From positions 157,031-189,030 of the forward strand of contig NZ_AUCH01000009.1 of the NCBI RefSeq assembly GCF_000429665.1: DNA of 32,000 nucleotides, in the 5' to 3' direction. Shown here one piece after another: positions 25,597 through 31,343 of the stretch. The translations under genes and the position numbers were made by a program. Below the pieces are notes generated by a model. That model saw only the letters and a program-made list of their open reading frames with translations. It was not told the origin of the DNA and ran no database searches. The stretch is from Azovibrio restrictus DSM 23866. Lineage in GTDB: Bacteria; Pseudomonadota; Gammaproteobacteria; Burkholderiales; Rhodocyclaceae. The first letter of the stretch is position 1; every line of letters starts with the position of its first letter.

Positions 25597-25890
25597 ATGA
25601 TTCCTGTCCTTACCATCTTCTCCCCCCTCCTGACCTACTTCCTCCGGGCCGTGGTGGTGAAGTTCCTTGTGTTCACCGCCGTCATCGCCCTGGTCACCTT
25701 CCTGGTCCCCTTCGCCGTGAAGTGGGTGGCCGGCTTCATTTCTCCCCAGGCCTTGAATGGTGCCTTCAGCGGCATTCCGGATGGGGTCTGGTACTTCGCG
25801 GACTTCTTCGCCCTGGACTACGGCTTGCCCCTGGTGTTCTCGGCCCTGGTGTCCCGCTTCCTGATCCGGCGCCTGCCGGTCATTGGCTAA
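25597..25890 (+). CDS. pVI-like minor coat/membrane protein
   Basis: 97 aa and strongly hydrophobic, with multiple TM segments. It directly follows the pIII-like gene, as in inoviruses. Confidence 0.6.
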   Translation: MIPVLTIFSPLLTYFLRAVVVKFLVFTAVIALVTFLVPFAVKWVAGFISPQALNGAFSGIPDGVWYFADFFALDYGLPLVFSALVSRFLIRRLPVIG

Positions 25891-25900
25891 GGAGTCCCCC

Positions 25901-26116
25901 ATGACGAATCCCGTCCTCGATCTGGACAAGCACAACCGGACCTTCATCGACCACGCCCGGGATGCTGCCCGATGGTTTGGCGAAGGCTTCGTGGTGTTTG
26001 TTTCTAACGTCGCGGTGCTCGGCACCCATGACAAGGGCAGCGCCCAGGCTGAGGCCCGGGCCTGGTCGGAGAAGAACGGCCGGGAGAATGTCCGGATTCG
26101 TAGGATCAAAGTCTAA
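25901..26116 (+). CDS. hypothetical small phage protein
   Basis: AAGGAG lies 6 nt before the ATG at 25901. 71 aa. Its stop overlaps the next ATG (TAATG). The C-terminus ...VRIRRIKV is repeated at the end of the next ORF. Confidence 0.5.
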   Translation: MTNPVLDLDKHNRTFIDHARDAARWFGEGFVVFVSNVAVLGTHDKGSAQAEARAWSEKNGRENVRIRRIKV

Positions 26117-26307
26117 TGTCCATCAAGCTTTATACGGGCCGGATGGGGAGCGGAACAACCTATGAAGTTGTTTCCGTCTTGATTCTGGGAACTGGTTTCC
26201 GAGCCGAAAGCGCTTACAAGGATCTTTGGTTGGCCAAACAGGTAGCCCGGGAGCATGTGGGCAGCACCCCTCGGGTTTTCGTCAAAATTCGTAGGATCAA
26301 AGTCTAA
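26116..26307 (+). pseudogene. 'ghost' unit created by a 191-bp tandem duplication: zot 5' end with a mutated Walker A fused to divergent sequence ending in IRRIKV
   Basis: The translation MSIKLYTGRMGSGTTYEVVSVLILG matches the zot N-terminus MSIKLYTGRMGSGKTYEVVSVVILG at 23 of 25 residues, with the P-loop Lys changed to Thr. The 25-nt perfect repeat ATTCGTAGGATCAAAGTCTAATGTC occurs at 26096-26120 and 26287-26311. Confidence 0.75.
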
Positions 26308-27383
26308 TGTCGATCAAGCTCTATACGGGCCGCATGGGGAGCGGCAAGACCTACGAGGTGGTTTCCGTGGTGATCCTGGGCGCCCTGGCCCGGGGCCGGC
26401 GGGTGGTGTCCAATATCGCCGGGCTGAACTATGAAGCCATGCAGGCCGTCCTGGTGGAGTCCGGCGTTCCTGCGGACCAGGTGGGCCAGCTGGTGCAGGT
26501 CACCCATGCCCAGGTAGAAGAACCCCAATTCTGGCGCACAGATAAGGATGAAGCCGAAGGGGTGGATTCATTCATCCAGCCCGGGGACCTGGTCTGCCTG
26601 GATGAAATATGGCGCTTCTGGGAGGGCTTCGCCGGCCGCAAGATGCCCGAGCGGGTGATGAACTTCTACCGCATGCACCGGCACTTTGCCCACCCGGAAA
26701 CCGGGGTGACTTGTGATGTGGCCCTGATCACCCAGGACCCCGGGGACCTGTCCCGCCGGGTCCGGGCGGTGGTGGAGGAAACCTACCGCATGGAGAAGCT
26801 AACCGCGGTTGGCATGTCCAGGCGGTACCGGGTGGATATCTTCTCCGGCTGCAGCAGCCGGCCCCAGTTCCTGCGCTCCTTGCAGCGCACCTATGAGAAG
26901 AAATACTTCCCCCTCTACAAGAGCCATTCCCAGGCCAAGGACGATAGCGCCGGCCCCCGGGAAGAGAACATCGACCAGCGGGGCAACATCCTGCGCGGGG
27001 CGCTCTTCAAGGTGGTCCTGCCCGTCATGGCCCTGGTGGGCATGGCCTCGGTCTATTTCGTCTGGTCCTTCCTGCATCCGGAGCCGCCCCCCAAGGCCAA
27101 GACCGCCCAGGCCGGGGCGGGCAAGCCTGCCGGCGCCACTACCCCGGCCCCGGCCGGCGCCGCGCCATTACCTGGGATGAACAGCCGTTTCCGGGTGGTG
27201 GGCTATGTGGCCCAGGGGAGCAATCCCCGGGTCTACCTGGCCTACGACGAAACCGACCGGGCCCGCATCTTCTACAAGCGCCAGGTGGTGGAGTCCCATA
27301 ACTGGAAGATGACTCTTAAGGCGCCGGATGGGCAGATCACGGAATGGAGCGGCAGCAAGGGGAAGGGAGAGAAGACCCCATGA
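26307..27383 (+). CDS. Zot/pI-like inovirus assembly ATPase
   Basis: 358 aa. Features: N-terminal Walker A GRMGSGKTYE, Walker B-like LVCLDEIW, an internal TM (VVLPVMALVGMASVYFVWSFL) and a Pro/Ala-rich linker. This matches Zot-family architecture and sits in the canonical position before the secretin. Confidence 0.85.
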   Translation: MSIKLYTGRMGSGKTYEVVSVVILGALARGRRVVSNIAGLNYEAMQAVLVESGVPADQVGQLVQVTHAQVEEPQFWRTDKDEAEGVDSFIQPGDLVCLDEIWRFWEGFAGRKMPERVMNFYRMHRHFAHPETGVTCDVALITQDPGDLSRRVRAVVEETYRMEKLTAVGMSRRYRVDIFSGCSSRPQFLRSLQRTYEKKYFPLYKSHSQAKDDSAGPREENIDQRGNILRGALFKVVLPVMALVGMASVYFVWSFLHPEPPPKAKTAQAGAGKPAGATTPAPAGAAPLPGMNSRFRVVGYVAQGSNPRVYLAYDETDRARIFYKRQVVESHNWKMTLKAPDGQITEWSGSKGKGEKTP

Positions 27384-28633
27384 AGATCCGCGCCTTCTGC
27401 CTGGTGCTCTGCTTCCTCGCTGGCCAGGCCCTGGCCCAGGAGGGCCGGGACATCAGCATGCAGTTCTCGGAGATCCGCTTACCTGACCTGGTGCGCCTGC
27501 TCTTTACCGATATCCTCGGAAAGAACTACGTGCTGGACAAGGAGGTCCTGGAGTCTCCGGAAATCCTGACCATCAATATCAAGTACATGAGCCCGGCCCA
27601 GCTGGAAACCCACCTGCTGGAGATCATCCAGCGCCGGGGCTTCAAGGTGGATTGCCGGCAAGGGTTCTGCCATGTGGCCAAGCGTCCCGAGGCGGCCCAG
27701 GAAGCCCCCCGGGCTTTCTATGTCTATCGCCCCCGGCATCGTTCGGTGCCCTATCTCCTGGCCCTGGTGGGGCCTCTGTATCCGCCCCAGTCCTTCACCA
27801 CCCAACGCCAGATTGACAACCCCGGCCCGGAAACCCAGAAGTCCGGCAGCACCGGCCACGAAACCGGGACCAATGCCACTTCCTTAATCGACAAGGGCAA
27901 CCTGGATACCCTGGTCTATCAAGGCAGCCCCCAGGAGATCACCCGACTGGAAAGCCTGCTGCAGCAGCTCGACCAGGCGGCGGCGGAAGTGATCGTGAAA
28001 GCCTCTGTCTTTGAAGTCCGCCAGACCCGCCAGGAGAGTTCCGCCGTGTCCCTGGCCCTGGGACTGCTCAAGTCCGCCTCGGGCCTGGGCATCACCATCA
28101 CCCAGGACACCAGCAACGGGAACGCGGTCAAGATCAAGGCCGGGGACGTGTCCGCCGTCTGGTCGGCCCTGAGCTCGGACAGCCGCTTCCGGCTCTTCAG
28201 TGCCCCCACCATCCGGATCAGGAGCGGCAACACGGCCAAGTTCATGGCCGGCTCGGAAGTGCCGGTGCTGGCCAGCACCACCACCACGACCACCGGCACG
28301 GTGCAAAGCGTGGAATACAAAAGCTCCGGGGTCATCCTGGAACTTACCCCCCAGGTCCGCCCCGGGGGGACGGAACTCCAGATCGCCCAGGAAGTGAGCA
28401 GCTTTACCGCCACCACCAACGGGGTGAACAACTCCCCGACCCTCTTGAAGCGAGAGCTGACCACCCAGATTACCGCCCACGATGAAGAAATCATTCTCCT
28501 GGGCGGCCTGGAAGAAACCACCCGCACCGACGGACAGTCCGGCCTCTCCTTCCTCCCCGCCTGGATGAAAGGCAGCTCAGAGGGGGAGGACCGGACCGAA
28601 ATCATGATGATTCTTAACGTTCAGAGGATTTGA
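27380..28633 (+). CDS. pIV-like secretin (phage export channel)
   Basis: The ATG at 27380 overlaps the zot stop (ATGA). Signal peptide MKIRAFCLVLCFLAGQALA. The C-terminal secretin domain shows these blocks: VIVKASVFEV, FRLFSAPTIRIRSGNTAKFMAGSEVPV, YKSSGVILELTPQV and TQITAHDEEIILLGGL. Confidence 0.85.
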   Translation: MKIRAFCLVLCFLAGQALAQEGRDISMQFSEIRLPDLVRLLFTDILGKNYVLDKEVLESPEILTINIKYMSPAQLETHLLEIIQRRGFKVDCRQGFCHVAKRPEAAQEAPRAFYVYRPRHRSVPYLLALVGPLYPPQSFTTQRQIDNPGPETQKSGSTGHETGTNATSLIDKGNLDTLVYQGSPQEITRLESLLQQLDQAAAEVIVKASVFEVRQTRQESSAVSLALGLLKSASGLGITITQDTSNGNAVKIKAGDVSAVWSALSSDSRFRLFSAPTIRIRSGNTAKFMAGSEVPVLASTTTTTTGTVQSVEYKSSGVILELTPQVRPGGTELQIAQEVSSFTATTNGVNNSPTLLKRELTTQITAHDEEIILLGGLEETTRTDGQSGLSFLPAWMKGSSEGEDRTEIMMILNVQRI

Positions 28634-28635
28634 AT

Positions 28636-29091
28636 ATGGATACCTGCACGCTCCCCCCTGACTTCGTTCCCCAGGCCCTGGCGTTCCTGGAGACCTTCAC
28701 CTGGTCAATATTTGGGTTGGGGGTTATTACCGCCGTTTTTGCGTTCCTGGTCTTCCATTCCCTGGATGCCTTCTTGTCCGCGTTCATCCGGCCCCGACTG
28801 ATCCAAGCCCTGCGCCGTCGCCGTCGTGCACTTTCGCATGCGAAAACGGCGAAGCAGGGAACCCGGTTTAGGAACCGGCAACCGTTCCCGACAAACCACC
28901 AGCAGGCACCAGCCCCGCCTTTCCCCTGGCATGCTGACACCGACCATATGGTAATGGTATGGTGCCGCATATGGTCGCCGTCTACGCTCTCGCATATCTT
29001 CAAGCATTTGCCGAAGCCCTGCATTGGCTTATCTTCCGGCGTGATAGGTTGTCCAGGATATACGGCGCCCAGCCAGCTTATACGGCGATAA
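28636..29091 (+). CDS. hypothetical; only the N-terminal ~70 codons (TM plus basic stretch) look protein-like, and the remainder overlaps a hairpin-rich probable non-coding region
   Basis: ATG at 28636, TM segment WSIFGLGVITAVFAFLVF, then RRRRR. The ORF then runs through palindromes at 28829-28845, 28855-28888 and 28941-28977. Confidence 0.3.
   Translation: MDTCTLPPDFVPQALAFLETFTWSIFGLGVITAVFAFLVFHSLDAFLSAFIRPRLIQALRRRRRALSHAKTAKQGTRFRNRQPFPTNHQQAPAPPFPWHADTDHMVMVWCRIWSPSTLSHIFKHLPKPCIGLSSGVIGCPGYTAPSQLIRR
28829..28845. repeat. 17-bp motif CACTTTCGCATGCGAAA, copy 2
   Basis: Identical to 23889-23905. It lies ~195 nt after the secretin stop. Confidence 0.9.
28941..28977. repeat. 10-bp perfect inverted repeat CGACCATATG-N17-CATATGGTCG (candidate phage packaging signal or origin hairpin)
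   Basis: The arms are at 28941-28950 and 28968-28977. The loop contains GGTAATGGTATGGTG. It sits in the post-secretin region where inoviruses carry their intergenic hairpins. Confidence 0.4.
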
Positions 29092-29113
29092 CGCCGTCTA
29101 CTTCACGTTAGGG
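29059..29113 (+). other. left boundary recombination site of the cassette array: attI-like or attC lacking R''
   Basis: The direct repeat TATACGGCG occurs at 29059-29067 and 29079-29087. A hairpin TATACGGCG-ATAA-CGCCGTCTA follows, then the spacer CTTCAC and the core GTTAGGG at 29107-29113. No RYYYAAC inverse core lies upstream. Confidence 0.45.
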
Positions 29114-29142
29114 GTCTCAATTCATCACAAGGAGAATTGTCC

Positions 29143-29874
29143 ATGAAGGAAGACAAAGCGCAGTTTCCCGTTCGCATGTTCATTCGGCCGGCAGAGAGTT
29201 TCGGCGACCCCGAATGGTCACCTTTAAGCGAATCAGCGTCCCCTTCGTTTCATTACGAAATGGACTACGCGAATGTTCTTATCGCACTATTGACCTCGTT
29301 TGCCACAGTTGCACGCAAGGAACTTCACACAACACACAAATTGCGCTCCGTTCTCTGTGAACAATGGAAGGCTCAAGAGGCAGGTACCCCGTTTGATCTT
29401 AGAGTTCTGACAGAAGACAACAATGTTGCCCTGATCGTTTCCAAGCTGTGGCACGAACAGAATCGGCAGCAAGAGGTAGGGTTCATCTTTGGCTCCGAGG
29501 AACCCGCTGATGTTTTGGTGCGCCATGTCGGTGGGGCTTGGAACATCGTTGAAGTCAAGCCCCGTCCGAACATCCTTGTGTCGTCTCAGTCAATGCCTGC
29601 TGGATATCTCAGAGATACTGCCAAGACGATCTCTCATCGCTTTGCTGCTTTGACTGAAACACAGGATTATGTCCGCCACTTGTTCCAGGAAATTGAACGC
29701 GAGATTATTGTCCCGGAATCATCTCTTCGAGATATGAGCAGTTGGTTAAGAGCTAGTGCCCGTCGCGTTTCCCGTGAAGCAGATGCCTTTGACGAGCGTG
29801 CGAGAACACACCAGACGGAATTCCAACGCCGCATCCTTGCACTGGGTCGCAGTAGGGAAGGAGCGCCATCGTGA
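29143..29874 (+). CDS. hypothetical protein (cassette 1, gene A)
   Basis: AAGGAGA lies 7 nt before the ATG at 29143. 243 aa. I recognise no motif. The stop overlaps the GTG of the next ORF (GTGA). Confidence 0.55.
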   Translation: MKEDKAQFPVRMFIRPAESFGDPEWSPLSESASPSFHYEMDYANVLIALLTSFATVARKELHTTHKLRSVLCEQWKAQEAGTPFDLRVLTEDNNVALIVSKLWHEQNRQQEVGFIFGSEEPADVLVRHVGGAWNIVEVKPRPNILVSSQSMPAGYLRDTAKTISHRFAALTETQDYVRHLFQEIEREIIVPESSLRDMSSWLRASARRVSREADAFDERARTHQTEFQRRILALGRSREGAPS

Positions 29875-30170
29875 CCAACCCAAAAGAGGCAGTGGGATGG
29901 CTAAATTTTGCGCTCAACCTGCGAGAGTCAATAACCTCCATTGAACAGTCGCTGTCTAAGTCCAAATCCGATGTTGACGGCATCCGAACGGAAATCATGC
30001 TTCTCGTTGAACGCCTTGAACATTTTGACGACCTGCTGTTGAGACTTGAGAGGCGAATAGACAGAATCGAGGATCGCACGCCGAATGTCGCGGTTGTTGC
30101 CGTCTCCCCATATCCAAGCACGAAAGAAGTCCCGAGGCTCACGAGCGATGACAAGTCGGTCGACCCCTAA
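29871..30170 (+). CDS. hypothetical coiled-coil protein (cassette 1, gene B)
   Basis: 99 aa with heptad-like content (LRESITSIEQSLSKSKSDVDGIRTEIMLLVERLEHFDDLLLRLERRIDRIEDR). The TAA stop (30168-30170) is part of the attC inverse core CCTAAC. Confidence 0.5.
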   Translation: MTNPKEAVGWLNFALNLRESITSIEQSLSKSKSDVDGIRTEIMLLVERLEHFDDLLLRLERRIDRIEDRTPNVAVVAVSPYPSTKEVPRLTSDDKSVDP

Positions 30171-30231
30171 CCCTGCGTTCGAGGCGACCTGCGCGAAAAG
30201 CCGCGCAGGCGCCTCAACTCCACGTTAGAAG
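30165..30231 (+). other. integron attC site A
   Basis: Boxes: R'' CCTAAC (30166-30171), spacer CCTGC, L'' GTT[C]GAGGCG with one extrahelical C. The central perfect 8-bp stem is CCTGCGCG-AAAAGC-CGCGCAGG. Then L' CGCCTCAAC, spacer TCCAC and R' GTTAGAA (30224-30230). Confidence 0.8.
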
Positions 30232-30233
30232 GC

Positions 30234-30509
30234 ATGCGATCCATCGTCATTGATTGCGGCTCAGTTCAGTCGGAAGCTGATTTTTGGTCCGCATACGTTC
30301 GCACCGCCGAGCCAGAAGGTGCCGGCCACTTTGGCCGGAACCTTGATGCATTTTGGGACGGGCTAAACGGCGGTCCAGGTTGGCCCGGCGAGTGCCGGCT
30401 CCTGTTCATTAATACTTCGCCGCTCCACGCGTTTCGCGGCGGGAAATTTCTTGAGGTGTTGCGTGATATCGCCAGCCGATCTAAGGCCGTGGAGGTCAAA
30501 TTTGAGTAA
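30234..30509 (+). CDS. barstar-family ribonuclease inhibitor / immunity protein (cassette 2)
   Basis: 91 aa. The segment FWSAY....GAGHFGRNLDAFWDGLNG is collinear with the barstar helix-2 region (YYGENLDALWDCLTG). The size fits the family. The ATG lies 4 nt after the attC core. Confidence 0.65.
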   Translation: MRSIVIDCGSVQSEADFWSAYVRTAEPEGAGHFGRNLDAFWDGLNGGPGWPGECRLLFINTSPLHAFRGGKFLEVLRDIASRSKAVEVKFE

Positions 30510-30511
30510 GC

Positions 30512-30570
30512 CTTCTAACCTTTCGCTGCAGCGGACGGCTTCGCCGCCCGCTGAGCTTGCACGTTAGGTC
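30512..30570 (+). other. integron attC site B
   Basis: Boxes: R'' TCTAAC (30514-30519), spacer CTTTC, L'' GCT[G]CAGCGG with one extrahelical G, short central loop, L' CCGCTGAGC, spacer TTGCAC and R' GTTAGGT (30563-30569). Confidence 0.8.
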
Positions 30571-30575
30571 TCAAT

Positions 30576-31241
30576 ATGGCACCTCCTCCCCGCGTCACCA
30601 AAGCTGTTGTTCAAACCGAAGTGACAAGCTTCGTGGCAAACATAAATCGCGCTCGCGATCTCTATAGAAAGATAGCTCTTCACGGCTACACGGGCACTTC
30701 TGCTGCAACGTCAACCCGACTATCCAACCCGGATACGCGTGATGCCGCGCAATTCATCTTCTTTGAAATTGCTGCAAAGTTTGAAGACCACGCCAAATTC
30801 ATGTTCCAGGTCGAAGTTCGGTCGCGACTTCAAGTTACTGCTACGCGAAGCGCCTTCGTAATGGGCGACCTTGATAATGGCTTGAACAACAAGCTTGGCT
30901 GGGGCAGCCCACAGCGGCTGAAAGAACGTGGACACAATCTGTTCGGTGCTAACTCGTTCTTCGGTGACCTCGTCAACAAACTTGGAAACCAAACCTACAA
31001 GACATTGGTTTCTGCTCACACGGTACGAAACCGTGTCGCTCATGACGGTGGGGCTGCGCAAACCAAGTTCGTGAAGCTTCTTGATGGAGATGGAATCCAA
31101 GCTGCTGAACGACAAGGTATGAGTATCGGCAGGTACCTTCGCGATTACCCAACGGCTGCAACTGCCGCAAATCGCAACTTCTTTTTGTACTTGGCGGCAT
31201 ATGAAGACTTTGCAACCAAGGCAGGTGCAGCATTGCCATGA
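30576..31241 (+). CDS. HEPN-like protein with Rx4H motif (cassette 3), putative RNase/abortive-infection-type effector
   Basis: 221 aa and predicted to be all-alpha by composition. The motif SAHTVRNRVAHDG (R-N-R-V-A-H = Rx4H) sits in the C-terminal third, as in HEPN families (Abi_2 / RiboL-PSP-like 'RNxxAH'). Confidence 0.45.
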   Translation: MAPPPRVTKAVVQTEVTSFVANINRARDLYRKIALHGYTGTSAATSTRLSNPDTRDAAQFIFFEIAAKFEDHAKFMFQVEVRSRLQVTATRSAFVMGDLDNGLNNKLGWGSPQRLKERGHNLFGANSFFGDLVNKLGNQTYKTLVSAHTVRNRVAHDGGAAQTKFVKLLDGDGIQAAERQGMSIGRYLRDYPTAATAANRNFFLYLAAYEDFATKAGAALP

Positions 31242-31248
31242 GCCTGAG

Positions 31249-31321
31249 ACCTAACATCACAATCCACCGGACCGTCAAAAAGCTGCGCATTTTGCCGTCC
31301 GGTGATTTTCAACGTTAGATT
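31249..31321 (+). other. integron attC site C
   Basis: Boxes: R'' CCTAAC (31250-31255), spacer ATCAC, L'' AATC[C]ACCGGAC with one extrahelical C, central CAAAAAGC-TGC-GCATTTTG stem, L' GTCCGGTGATT, spacer TTCAAC and R' GTTAGAT (31314-31320). Confidence 0.8.
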
Positions 31322-31343
31322 TTTAAACTAAAAGAGCAATTCA

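Larger units (their letters stand above)
18951..29106. mobile_element. filamentous (Inoviridae-type) prophage, ~10 kb, no integrase gene; boundaries approximate
   Basis: Canonical inovirus gene order on the + strand: small coupled genes, RCR initiator, ssDNA-binding protein, small hydrophobic proteins, 49-aa mature major coat protein, Gly-rich pIII-like protein, pVI-like protein, Zot/pI ATPase, pIV secretin, then a structured non-coding region. A divergent HTH repressor sits at the left end. The element lies between tRNA-Arg and the first GTTAGG core site at 29107. Confidence 0.85.

Noticed and set aside
28614-29024. Minus-strand ORFs of 136 aa and 100 aa in the post-secretin region, checked as possible remnants of an integrase or intI.
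   Set aside because: The translations (Cys/Trp/Arg-rich) show none of the tyrosine-recombinase R..HxxR..Y blocks. They overlap hairpin repeats and are most likely non-coding.
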